A stretch of DNA of 41,175 nucleotides from Chiloscyllium plagiosum (taxonomy: Eukaryota). The stretch is taken from NCBI RefSeq assembly GCF_004010195.1, contig NC_057752.1, positions 3,444,634-3,485,808 of the forward strand, written 5' to 3'. The translations under genes were made by a program, and so were the position numbers. Below the pieces are notes generated by a model. That model worked only from the letters and a program-made list of their open reading frames with translations, searched no databases and had not been told where the DNA came from. This document shows, one piece after another, positions 1 to 10,857 of the stretch (position 1 is its first letter; every line of letters starts with the position of its first letter).

Positions 1-1031
1 ATCTCACGGAATACAGGGAGAACTAGCCATTTGTATTCAGAACTGGCTCAAAGGTAGAAGACTTTTCAGACTGGAGGCCTGTGACCAGTGAAGTGCCACA
101 AGGATCGGTGCTGGGTCCTCTACTTTTTGTCATTTACATAAATGATTTGGATGTGAGCATAAGAGGTACAGTTAGTAAGTTTGCAGATGACACCAAAATT
201 GGAGGTGTAGTGGACATCGAAGAGGGTTACCTCAGATTACAACAGGATCTGGACCAGATGAGCCAATGGGCTGAGAAGTGGCAGGTGGAGTTTAATTCAG
301 ATAAATGCGAGGTGCTGCATTTTGGGAAAGCAAATCTTAGCAGGACTTGTACACTTCATGGTAAGGTCCTCGGGAGTGTTGCTGAACAAAGAGACCTTGG
401 AGTGCAGGTTCATAGCTCCTTGAAAGTGGAGTCGCAGGTAGATAGGATAGTGAAGAGAGGTTTGGTATGCTTTCCTTTATTGCTCAGAGTATTAAGTACA
501 GGAGTTAGGAGGTCATGTTGCGGCTGTACAGGACATTGGTTAGGCCACTGTTGGAATATTGCGTGCAATTCTGGTCACCTTCCTAACGGAAAGATGTTGT
601 GAAACTTGAAAGGGTTCAGAAAAGATTTACAAGGATGTTGCCAGGGTTGGAGGATCTGAGCTACAGGGAGAGGCTGAACAGGCTGGGGCTGTTTTCCCTG
701 GAGCGTCAGAGGCTGAGGTTATAGAGGTTTACAAAATTGTGAGGGGCATGTGTAGGATAAATAGGCAAAGTCTTTTCCCTGGCGTCGGGGAGTCCAGAAC
801 TAGAGGGCATAGGTTTAGGGTGAGAGGGGAAAGATATAAAAGAGGGGCAACTTTTTCACGCAGAGGGTGGTACGTGTATGGAATGAGCTGCCAGAGGAAG
901 TGATGGAGGCTGGTACAATTGCAACATTTAAGAGGCATTTGGTTGGGTATATGAATAGGAAGGGTTTGGAGGGATATGGGCCGGGTTGGACCGAAGTGTC
1001 TGTTTCTATGCTGTACATCTCTATGACTCTA
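1..1031 (+). mobile_element. CR1-clade LINE, 3' part (RT domain to 3' tail), frameshifted
   Basis: ORF 81-602 contains the RT motifs VPQGSVLGPLLF..YINDL and KFADDTK; later frames give the CR1 ORF2 C-terminus (RVWNELPEEV); ends in a CTCTATGACTCTAT tail. Confidence 0.95.
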
Positions 1032-1037
1032 TGGTCA

Positions 1038-1128
1038 AGATCAGAGTGGTGCTGGAAAAGCACAGTAGGTCAGGCAGCATCTGAGGAGCAGGAAACATTG
1101 ACATTTAGGGCAGGGAGCCCTTCATCAG
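1038..1128 (-). mobile_element. Penelope-like element terminal repeat fragment with degenerate hammerhead core
   Basis: Same family as the repeats flanking the GIY-YIG fragment at 28672-29605; minus strand starts CTGATGAAGGGCTCCCTGCCC-TAAA (GAAA mutated). Confidence 0.75.
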
Positions 1129-1158
1129 TTGAATTTGGTGTCATGTTCAGCACAACAT

Positions 1159-1647
1159 GGGTGGCACGGTGGCAGAGTGGCTAGCACTGCTGCCTCACAG
1201 CACCAGAGACCTGGGTTCAATTCTCACCTCAGGTGACTCTGTGTGGAGTTTGCACATTCTTCCTGTGTCTGTGTGGGTTTCCTCCGGCTGCTCCAGTTTC
1301 CTCCCACAGTCCAAAAATGATTTGATTTGATTAGATTAGATTACTTAGTGTGGAAACAGGCCCTTCGGCCCAACAAGTCCACACTGACCCACTGAAGCGC
1401 AACCCACCCATACATGTACCCTTTTTTTAACCGAACACTAGGTGCAATTTAACATGGCCAATTCACCTGACCTGCACATCTTTGGACTGTGGGATGTGCA
1501 GGTTGGGTGAATTGGCCATGCTAAATTGACCATTGTGTTAGATGCAGGGGTAAATGTTGGGGAATGGGTCTAGGTGGGCTGTGCTTTGGTGGGTCGGTGT
1601 GGACTTGCTGGGCCGAAGGGCCTGTTTCCACACTGTAAGGAATCTAA
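1159..1647 (+). mobile_element. HE1-like tRNA-derived SINE, interrupted by an antisense HE1 fragment
   Basis: tRNA-like head (GTGGCAGAGTGG A box, GGTTCAATTC B box), TGTGTGGAGTTTGCACATTCT body, 3' end GGGCCGAAGGGCCTGTTTCCACACTG plus AATCT tail. Confidence 0.88.
1319..1493 (-). mobile_element. 5'-truncated HE1-like SINE nested antisense in another HE1
   Basis: Starts with a (GATTA/GATTT)n tail complement, then the reverse complement of the HE1 3' half. Confidence 0.85.
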
Positions 1648-1674
1648 CACTGTGGGCCGAAGGCTGTACTGGTC

Positions 1675-1990
1675 TATGGACAAGCGTTACCGGCCCAAGA
1701 TCACGGAGAGCTAACAGACAGGCCCCACGCAAATGTTCCAAGGCCTCCCCTGAATGACCATCATCCGGTGGATAGCACAGGCCGGGGACTGTGGTTCCTA
1801 AACATTCTCGATTGGGAGCACTGCAGGCTCCTTTGAGACTGAGCGGAGAGCCAGCACGAGAAAGGAAATAGGAGGAGAACAGATCCAACTGGCCCTGGAG
1901 AGTAAAAGTCATCGTCACCTCGACCCGCAGTGGGAGATTCTCCCAGTCACGGACAGGCCCCGCTCACCTCCAGTGGGGCCTAGAACCACT
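1675..1990 (+). mobile_element. Probable old RTE-clade LINE C-terminal remnant
   Basis: Fragments ERRASTRKE and RSGRFSQSRTGPAHLQ resemble the basic helix and C-terminal zinc-finger (CGR.C.SRIGL.SH) of RTE ORFs; heavily decayed. Confidence 0.4.
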
Positions 1991-3149
1991 CAGCCAAGTG
2001 CAGCCTTCCGAAGGTCGGCATCTGTGAAGAAAAGATGCGGGTTTTAAACAAAAACCTGACAGGAACCAAAGAGGGCCATTAGAGCGTCTGCGGCTCAGGC
2101 CAGGAGAACGAATCGAGTCAGAGAGAGAACGCGGGAGAGCTCAGTTCAGTGCAGGCACATTTCGTTTGTCAAATGCGTTTGCAATCTTCCATGACCTCAA
2201 CATTTCCACCTGCCTCAAACTATGAAGCTCAATTGTTTCTGTGAACCAGACACGGTCTCCCCTCAAGTCAAGTGGCAATTGCTCCCTGTTCCGAACAAAA
2301 TATTAACAGTATCAAATCAAGGGGAAGGTTCAGGTGGAAAGAAAGCAAATTCAATGTAAATGCAAAGTAGACTTCTAATTTTCCCTTATTTTAAAGAAGA
2401 AATACATCCTGACAGCAAGGCTCCTTATAATCTCAAGATGACAGAATGAATGCTAAATCACCACCGAGGTGGGGGTGGGGGGAAGCCTCACTGGAGATAT
2501 CAAAGCAAAGAAGCCTGGTGGCAGTTCTGATTTTGTGATGGATTTACAGATCTTTAGCACTGCATTCAGTATGCATGTGGCGTCCTTCACACACTTCCGA
2601 CAGGTTGTGGTTATGTCTGCCGCGTAATTTGCTGTACAGTTTAATATCGAATTCATCAATCAAAAGACACATTTTTCGGACAGAAAAGGTAAAGAAAAAT
2701 AATGAGTACAGTCGGTTTTGTCTGAGAGTGGGGACTTAAAGTATAAACACTTGAACTCCTTAGCATTGGTGAGAGCAGCAAGTTTCAAGCCGTAAGCTGA
2801 TGGTCTGTTCTTATCTTGCTTTCAGCAAGAGTGCTGCAGCATCTGTCTGTGACTCCTGCACATGGTGCGTGAATTTATCTTCCCAACCGTTCCAGGTCTT
2901 TGCACTAATCCAGCCTGTCGGCGCGGTCAAATAAACTGAGGCGTGTGATTTTGGTCCGTGCCCTTTAAGAGAGGAAGGTGCATTTTTATATCGCCTATCA
3001 CAATCTCACAGACGCTCGCAGTCCATGAGGTACAAACTGCAGTCGTCGTGTTCACGCAAGAAACCGCTCAGCCACTTTGAGACAGCGAGCGATGGGATTC
3101 CGACTTTCGAAATTTGTTTTTGTGTGGCGGCGATCGGAGAACAGACGAG

Positions 3150-3570
3150 AGTTTGAAAAGTTCCTTCGAGGTTTTGGAGGGTCTAACCAGGAGGGTCGAC
3201 AAAAGGGAGCTAGTAGATGTCAGACACTTGGATTAGGCATTCAGTAGGAAGTCACACAAAAAGGTTAAGAAGGAAAGGTTCAGGGATTTGAGAAATATTT
3301 TGAGGATTGGTCCTTTGACAGCAAACAGTGAAAGCACTTTCAAGTACGTTGACTGCATAGTGCAGGGGCCTTAGCTATTTGCAATATGTTAATGACTTAA
3401 ACAAAGAGAGCAATTCAAGTTTGCTAATGATGCAAAATAAAATAGGCTTTTAAGCTGCGAGGAAGATACAAAGAGGCAGCAAAATATTTGGACAATCTGG
3501 TGGCAGATGTAGTTGAGTGTAGGGAAGTGGGAGTTATTCATTTTAGTTGCAAGAATAGAAATTTTTTTTT
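3150..3570 (+). mobile_element. Old CR1 LINE RT fragment
   Basis: Degenerate GTAGATGTC..CTTGGAT..GCATTC, TTAATGACTTA (INDL) and AAGTTTGCTAATGATGCAAAA (KFADDTK-like) segments. Confidence 0.75.
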
Positions 3571-3631
3571 AGCTAACTGCCATTTTCAACAAATATCATA
3601 GAGGGGTTCCCTCAGTCAGGACGAGAGTGTT

Positions 3632-4146
3632 TTAAGACCACAGGACATCGGAGCAGAGATTAGGCCATTCAGCCCATTGAACTGATAAGTTTCTCAACCC
3701 AATTCTCCCCCCTTTCTCCCCGTAACCTTCGATCTCCTTGATACCCCAAAACCTATCTATCTCCCTTTTAAATACGCTCAATGACCTGGCCTCCACAACC
3801 TTCTGTGGCAATAAATTCCATAGATTCACCACTCTCTGGCAGAAAAAGTTTCTCCTTATGTCCATTCTAAAAGGTCTTCCCTTTACTCTCAGGCTGTGCC
3901 AGGAGAAAGTGCGACCTGCAGATGCTGGAGATCAGAGTCAAGAGTGTGGTGCTGGAAAAGCATAGCAGGTCAGGCAGTATCCAAGGAGCAGGAGGGTCGA
4001 TGTTTCGGGCATAAGCCCTTCATTCCCGATGTAGGGCTTATGCCCAAAATGTCGATTCTCCTGCTCCTCGGATGCTGCCTGACCTCCCGTGCTTTTCCAG
4101 CATCACACTCTCGACTCTTAAGGCTGTGCCCTCAGGTCCTAATCTC
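3632..4146 (-). mobile_element. CR1 LINE 3' fragment, interrupted by a PLE-derived insert at 3901-4120
   Basis: ORF 3632-3865 (RRNFFCQRVVNLWNLLPQKVVEA) is the CR1 ORF2 C-terminus; CR1 sequence resumes at 4121. Confidence 0.9.
3901..4120. mobile_element. Inverted pair of Penelope-like terminal repeats with flanking duplication
   Basis: Arms at about 3934-4024 and 4026-4118 are reverse complements; AGGCTGTGCC occurs at 3891-3900 and 4121-4130. Confidence 0.85.
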
Positions 4147-4254
4147 ATGGTATTGTCCCAAACTCGCTTCATTAATGGCCTATCCGCCCCTCTTGCTTAA
4201 TGCTAGCCCAAGTCTCCCACTCCTGGAAGGACCCACCAAATTAGCAACAAGACA

Positions 4255-4430
4255 ATATTGGAGAAACTCAGCAGGTCTGGCAGCATCATTCAGGAAAGAA
4301 ACAGAGTTCACATTTCCAGTCCAGTATCACTCCGTCCTTATGAAGAGCCAATGTTAACTCTGTTTCTCTAATCTGTCAGAACATTAGCTCTGTTTCTCTT
4401 TCCAAGTTGCTACCAGTTTCTCCAGCATTC
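4255..4430. repeat. Old, decayed inverted PLE-type terminal repeat
   Basis: TGGAGAAACTCAGCAGGTCTGGCAGCATC..AGAAACAGAGTT on the left; TTAACTCTGTTTCTCT..GTTTCTCCAGCATT on the right; related to the 19793-20013 hairpin. Confidence 0.6.
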
Positions 4431-4479
4431 TCGCTGCTCGTTTCATCATCTGAGTATTTTGCTTTCAGAGAGAAAATTA

Positions 4480-4618
4480 GCATGCAAGTGCAGCAAGCAT
4501 TAAGGAAGGCAAACGGTGCGTTGGCTTAATTGCAAGGAGACTGGAGTACAGGAATAAGATAGTCTTCTTACCATTGGAGGGGCTTTGGTGAGAATTCGTA
4601 CGTTTGGTCCCCATATTT
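4480..4618 (+). mobile_element. CR1 LINE fragment
   Basis: AAGGAAGGCAAACGGTGCGTTGGCTTAATTGCAAGGAGACTGGAGTACAGG matches the CR1 ORF2 KA.G.L..I.R..EY segment. Confidence 0.75.
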
Positions 4619-4619
4619 G

Positions 4620-5110
4620 GAGTCACAAAGTCAGACAGCACAGAAACAGACCTTTCGGCCCAAGCAGTCCATGCTGACCATAATCCCAAACTTAACTAGT
4701 CTCACCCCTTGAATCCACCCAAGGGAAAGGACATCTGCCATTCATTTTATTTATAACTCTCATTAATGTATAAATGTCTGTAAGGTCACCTCTTAACCTC
4801 CTACGCTCCAGTGAATAAAGTACCAGCCTCTCCTTATAAATCAAACTGTCCATTCCTGGCAACATCCTGGTAAATCTCCTCTGAACCCTATCCAAGTTAA
4901 TAATATCCTTTCTATAATAGGGCAGCCAGAACTGGACACAATATTCCAGAAGAGGCCTCACCATCATCAACATGACGTTCCAACTCCTATACTCAAAGGT
5001 CTGAGCATAAAAGGCAAGTGTGCTAAACACCTTCTGAACCATCCTGTCTAAAAGTGATGAAAACTTTAAAGAATCGTGTACCTGACCCTCTGTTCTACAA
5101 CACAATCCAG
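4620..5110 (-). mobile_element. CR1 LINE 3' fragment
   Basis: ORF 4692-5150: VRPLLEYCVQFWLPYY..LDRVQRRFTRMLPGM..LERRRLRGDL. Confidence 0.92.
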
Positions 5111-5183
5111 GAAAAGGAAGGATATATTTACAATGGCGGCAGTATAACAAACATTCCCTAAATTGGCAGCCCTAGATTTATTG

Positions 5184-5424
5184 GTGGCACGGTAGGTCAG
5201 TGGTTAGCACTACTGCCTCGCAGTGCCAGGAATCTGGGTTCGATTCCAGCCTCAGGCGACTGTGTGTGGAGTTTGCACATTTTCCCCATGTCTGCGTGGG
5301 TTTCCGGGTGCTCCGGTTTCCTCACACAGTCCAAAGATGTGCAGGTTAGGGTGGATTGGCCATGCTAAATTGCCCTATCGTGTTTAGGAATGTGGAGGTT
5401 AGGTGCATTAGTCAGGGGTAAATG
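5184..5424 (+). mobile_element. HE1-like SINE, 3'-truncated
   Basis: A box, GGGTTCGATTCC B box and HE1 body. Confidence 0.88.
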
Positions 5425-5564
5425 TTGAGTAGAAACCTGACTTTACACAATAATTGAGAGGTGAAAAGTCTACTTTTTCCCCATTGGTCACCATTCCACT
5501 CAAAGGAAACTGCGCAAAAATGTTTCCTTTGGATCTAACGGCTCCTGATTTGTTTGCAAACAGT

Positions 5565-5655
5565 GGGTGTGTGGATGTAAGTTTGCTCGCTGAGCTGGAA
5601 GGCTGGTTTTCAGACGTTTCGCCGCCATACTTGGTAACATCAGTGAGCCTCAGCG
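5565..5655 (-). mobile_element. PLE terminal repeat, third sequence type, damaged hammerhead core
   Basis: Minus strand CACTGATGTTACCAAGTATGGCGGCGAAACGTCTGAAAA: CTGATG..stem-loop..GAAACGTC with part of the core deleted. Confidence 0.55.
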
Positions 5656-5764
5656 GGTGTGCCCAACACTCTCTGTGAAAGAAGTGAAATTTTGCAAAGC
5701 ACGATGTCACCTATGGTGGGGTGGGAGCTCCAGAGGTTGGCAATGAAATCAATTTTAAAAGAGA

Positions 5765-5849
5765 AGTTAAAAAATCACACAACACCGAGTTACTGTTCAA
5801 CAGGTTTATTTGGAAGCACTAGCTTTCAGAGCGCTGCTCCTTCATCAGG
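5765..5849 (-). mobile_element. PLE terminal repeat, second type, with hammerhead core
   Basis: Minus strand CTGATGAAGGAGCAGCGCTCTGAAAGCTAGTGCTTCCAAATAAACCTG; near-identical to 12445-12529. Confidence 0.8.
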
Positions 5850-6704
5850 GCTGCAAGTCATTTTAAAAAGGAAAACAGCAAAGCATATGTACTGGCGGGA
5901 CTATGATTCTTTCTGACAATGGCTTGTGGCGAGAGACTTGTCAGTGAGTCTCCGCAAAATGTCAAGTCAAGATGCCAAAATGACGAGATCTTCGATAACC
6001 CACGGTAAACCCTCCAGATGGGTGGGCCCTATTAAAACGAGCAGTATGAGAAATAGCTCGCTGTGAAATTGCACAGCTATCAAGATTAAAACATTACAAT
6101 CAAATTAAAGGTAGTTTGCCAAATTGAAATGAAAATGCTGAGGGACCTTTTGGTGCTTCGAGGAGATTCACTTGATCTTATTGAACAAAAACTGTGGGCC
6201 AGAAGATTTTTTTTTCTTTGAAGAACAGGACAAATAGCAGAAGGTCAAATTTTGTAAAGCTGAAATTTCCTTGCTTTCAATCAAAAGGATTGTTGACTGT
6301 TCCACACATTATCGGTCCTCACTGCTGAGGTGCAAGCATTAAAGACTTTTCCAGATTTTGACTGCTACTTGGAGTTAAGTGGATTTTTTTTTACTGCAGA
6401 CTGTGGAGAGGTTAGTCATCACACTGCGCATGGGAGCTCTTCCTATTGTGCCGATCATAACCAGACGTAGGAAGTCCAATTAATTAATTTTCAAAAAGGC
6501 CATTGTAAGAAAGGTGGTAGGATGGGTTGATGAAGTGGTTCAAAATGTTTTTAAACAAAATGATTCCATCCTTTCGAGTGATTCAGGCAAGATATTGCAG
6601 CAATAGTGAGAGTGGGAGAGCGTGAGCCTGGGTGGGAGGTGGGTACAGGAGCAGAGAGAGACAGTGAGAGTGTGAGGTATCGGAGAGAAGATGGCAGCAC
6701 TTAC

Positions 6705-6930
6705 ACTGGTGGAGTGGGGAAGGTCACTGACCTTCTTCCTACAGCGCTGCGCATTCCTCCAGACGCTGAGACTGCGCTGAGCCGGGTGGTAACCTCCAAC
6801 CAGGTTGGCATGGCCTGGTGCCATGGCCTTCTCTGTTGGACCAGGGAAAGAGGACGTCCTGAGTCTGTATCACCCCATCCAGCACGGCCCCCAGGGTCGC
6901 TGTCCACAAAGCAGGGGGTGCCAATATCTC
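6705..6930 (-). pseudogene. Frameshifted Myb/SANT-like DNA-binding exon of a PIF/Harbinger transposon remnant (element about 6600-7262)
   Basis: Joining three frames gives TPCFVDSD-LGAVLDGVIQTQDVLFP-QQRRPWHQAMPTWLEVTTRLSAVS-VWRNAQRCRKKVSDL, the F..L....W..V...R...QCRKK..DL pattern of Harbinger/NAIF1-type Myb domains; followed by a GTAAGT splice donor (6704-6699). Confidence 0.75.
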
Positions 6931-7280
6931 CCTGTCTGCCCAGTCCCCAGGCAGCTCTGGACTGGCAGCACTTGCCCAGGTGCACAATGGGGCTTTTAAA
7001 GATGGTGCTGGTGCAAGAGGTGCTGGTCCGTTCGGAAATAACCGGTGAGTGACGGACTGTTCTGAGAATGGCTCACTGTAAGGTTGGGTGGGAGGGTGGG
7101 AGGAATGGGAAATCAGCATGGAAGAGGTCGTGGGTGAGGGGAGAGGAGGTGTGGTCGCTCATTAACACTGCCAGTTTGCTAAGGTAGGGCAAGAGAACTT
7201 GCTCTGCCTCACAGTGTTAAACCGTCCAAAACAAAAAACTGCACACAGCTCGGACTTGCCCCCCCCCCCCCAGTACGATT

Positions 7281-7457
7281 AGGCTAGTACGATTCCAACA
7301 TCTAAAAGGCATCTGGATGGGTATTTGAACAATAAGGGTTTAAAGATATATGGGCCAAGTGCTAGCAAATGGGACTAGATTCGGTGGGGATATCTGGTCG
7401 GCATGGACGAGTTGGACTGAAGGGTCTGTTTCCGTGCTGTACATCTCTATGACTCTA
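7281..7457 (+). mobile_element. CR1 LINE 3' end
   Basis: AAAAGGCATCTGGATGGGTAT..GAAGGGTCTGTTTCCGTGCTGTACATCTCTATGACTCT. Confidence 0.9.
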
Positions 7458-7729
7458 AAAAAGAAGTGACATATACCCTGAAAGGAAAGAGTAACTGCTT
7501 TAAAAACAGAGCAAACCCTTGTCGAATCAGACTGTAGTGTGTTTCACTGGTTATGTATAACTTTTAAGTTTATATTTTGTATAGTAAGACATGGTAAGTC
7601 ATACTTAGAGTTTTATTGAGTCTGAGGGATTGTTCGGTTTGTTTTTACATTGATTTTAGCTGAGGTTCTCCAACTTTGAAGTCAAGCTGGAATTAAAAAG
7701 TGCATTAAAAATCATAGGAAAACTGAGCC

Positions 7730-7742
7730 GTTGCCTAGCGAC
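7730..7742. promoter_or_regulatory. Candidate RFX (X-box) site
   Basis: GTTGCCTAGCGAC, one mismatch from GTTGCCTAGCAAC, in apparently unique sequence. Confidence 0.45.
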
Positions 7743-8322
7743 AAGGGTCCAGTAACACAGAGGTGCAGAATAATCCAGAAAGTCAACGGGTCAGTGTGGT
7801 CTACGCCCAGAGGTTGAAGGATTGCTAGACTCTGGTGCGAGGGAAATCCCACATTTGCTCTGAACCAAAAGTCGGAATGGGTTTAGTTTGCCGTTTGTTT
7901 GAGGTGTCTTGGGTAGATGAAGGGGGGGGGAATCAAAAAAATGACTGCAGAAATTCATTAAACTGGCTGCAAGGAGCATTAGTTAGTGTGGAGAAAGTGA
8001 TAACTCCTGCCTATGGTTTGGGTGTATGTAAGTATGTATATTGCTTGGAATGCATCAGAAAGAGTGCAGAAGAAAAGTTCCAGGGATGAGGAAAGATTGG
8101 AGTCATTGGGGCTGTTTTCCTTGGAGAGGAACAGGAGTAGGCCAAACAGCTCTGCTATTGAACACTATCATGGCCAATCTCATCTTGGCTATAACTCCAC
8201 TTTCTTGCCTGCCCTCCATAACCCCTTAATCCATCACTCATTGAAATCTGTCTACCTCCTCTTTCCATTTACTCAAAGTCACAGCATTCACCAGGCCCGT
8301 GAATTCCACAGGTTCGCAAGCA

Positions 8323-9025
8323 GAATCATACAGCCCCTTCAGTCCATCCAGTCCATGCCTATCATCATTCCAAACAAAACTAGTCCCACCTGCTTGCACT
8401 TGGCCCATATCCCTCCAAACCTTTCCTAGTCATGTACTTACCCAAATATCTTTCAAACATTGTAACTGCACCCACATCCACCACTTCCTCAGGAAGATCA
8501 TTTCACACATGAACCACCCTCTGTGTAAAAAAAGCTGTCCCTCGTGTCTTTTTTTAAATCTCTCTCCTCTCACCTTAAAAATGTGCCCCCGAGTCTTGAA
8601 ATCCCCCACATTATGGGAAAGACACTTGCCGTTCATCTTGTCTATACCCCTCATGATGTTAGAAACCTCTATCAGGTCACCCCTCAACCTCTTACACTCT
8701 AATGAAAAAAATCCCAGCCTATCCAGCCTCTCCTTATAATTCAAACCATCCATTCCTGGCAAAATCCTGGTAAATCTTTTCTGAACCCTCTCCAGGTTAA
8801 TAATATCCTCCCTGTAACAGGGCGACCAGAACTGGACACAGTATTCCAGAAGAGGCCTCACCAATGTCCTGTACAACCCCAACATGACTCATCAACTCCT
8901 GTACTCAAAGGGCTGAGTAATGAACGCAAGTCTGCCAAACACCTTCTGAACCACCCTGTCTAAATGTGACACAAACGTCAAAGACTTATGTACCTGCATC
9001 CTTTAGATTCTACAACACTACCTTT
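8323..9025 (-). mobile_element. CR1 LINE 3' fragment (small CR1 pieces also at about 8040-8310)
   Basis: ORF 8430-8885: LYRTLVRPLLEYCVQFWSP..LERVQKRFTRILPG..RLRGDLIEV..TRGH. Confidence 0.93.
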
Positions 9026-10139
9026 GTTCTTCAATTAAAAACCTGGCTGGATAACTTCTTCAATTCTAGGATGTTCCAGTGAACGGAGTTACTGAGTTCT
9101 GTCAAACCAGGTATGTCATCAAGGGCATGCTGAGAATTTGATGAAAAATTACTGATCTGCCGAGTAATTCCAGCACCTTTTGGTTTTAAGTTTCAGGGTT
9201 TCCAAAGCCTTGTTTCTCACTCTTTGCTGTTGCTTTATCTGGTCTCACACTTGCTTTTGAGGGATAAGGTTTGAGTTGGTTCAGGTACACGCAAGGCTGA
9301 TATTCCAGTTGTCTTTTCGAGTAAACTGACCCAGCCGCCTATTTGGGGGAAATGGAAAAAATCCCATTGTGCTACTTTGGAGACTGGCTGGTGCCTTAGA
9401 CAATTATTATCCTTCGATTAACAACTAGACGATCTTGAAGGACTGCTAGCTTTGTCATTGCTCCTCTTTGAGCATCTTTGCTCATACAAGACCTGCCTCT
9501 GACTATCCAAATGGTTTTATCCCAGCAGGAACCTATTTGTGCCACGTTTGGACAGTAATCGACTGTCAGCCATACACCTTCCAATCATCACCGCTGTCAC
9601 ACTCTGCCAGGAGAAGCAGTTTGTTCCTCAATGCGCCAGGATTGGTCATTTGATCCTCGAACCTAACACTCTCCAAAGCATCAATCTTCATCGGGAACCA
9701 GGCTGAAGCACCAACTGGAGTTTAGATCAAACCCTTTATGGTCTCTTTTTCCCGTTTTTATGATCAACGCAACCGTCTGCAATGTGATTCCCATTTGTAT
9801 CTCCCTACGTTGTTTTAATAAAATGATTCTTTAACAAGTCTAGAATGTGTATTTACTTTTCTTAAGTGTTTTATTTTGGTTTCTCTCCATTCCTCCTCAC
9901 CACCTCCACAGGCCTCAGCTTCTCCCACTGCAGTCCTCCGCCAGCCTGCGCCCAGCCCCGAACCCTCTCCGGCTCTCTATTCCCACCAATGCAGGTAGGT
10001 GTTAGACCTGTCCTTTACTCACTGTCTTCCAACCACTCTGCCCTCACCACCCAAGATCCTTCTCTTTGTCCTTTTCCAGCTCCTTAGACTCGGGAAGGTT
10101 GAGGGGAAATCTCCCGAGGGGTCTGGACTGATAGTGAGA

Positions 10140-10230
10140 TATGAAAAGTGTGGTGCTGGAAAACCGCAGCCGGTCAGTCAAAATCTGAGGAGCGGGAGAG
10201 TCGACGGTTTGAGGGTAAGCCCTGTTCACA
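10140..10230 (-). mobile_element. Degenerate PLE terminal repeat
   Basis: GTGTGGTGCTGGAAAACCGCAGCCGGTCAG..GTCGACGGTTTGAGGGTAAGCCC, same family as 3934-4024. Confidence 0.65.
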
Positions 10231-10857
10231 AAGGGCAGGAGGGCTGAAACCCAGAGGACGTCAATCTAAAGTGACTGACAAATGAAACAGAAGGGACCTG
10301 AAAGACATTTGTCTTTTTAACAACACGGAGTGGATGGGATCTGGAATGCATGGCCTGACAGGGTGGTCGAGGCAGATTTAAGCATGACTTTCACAAAAAC
10401 GACTGGATCCTTATCTGAAGAGGCAAAATGCGCAGTTCAACTGGGACCTGGGGCAAGGACATTCAGTCTTCAATCTTCGGATAAGTGTCCTCCAAGGCGG
10501 CCTTCAAGATACACAAGACTCGCCGAGCAGAAAAACAGAGAGCCAAGTTCCATACCCATGAAGGTGGCCTCAACCGCGATTGTGGGTTCGTGTCATGCTA
10601 CATGTAACCCGACCATACTGCTCTGTATGGTAAAATCTTCCTTACTGTCCTGTTTTACCACCATCGCCTTGATAATTTGTTATGATCTCCCTACCTTAAT
10701 TAGTTTATACAGTTGTGGATTACTTGTTGCTTTGGTTAGACCTTTGGCGTGCGACTCTTATACATATCATCTTATCCCAGCCACTTGGCTTGCCTCCAGC
10801 ACCATCTTATATTTAATTATTTGTAATTATCTCTCTGCCTTTGTTGTTTTGAATTCA

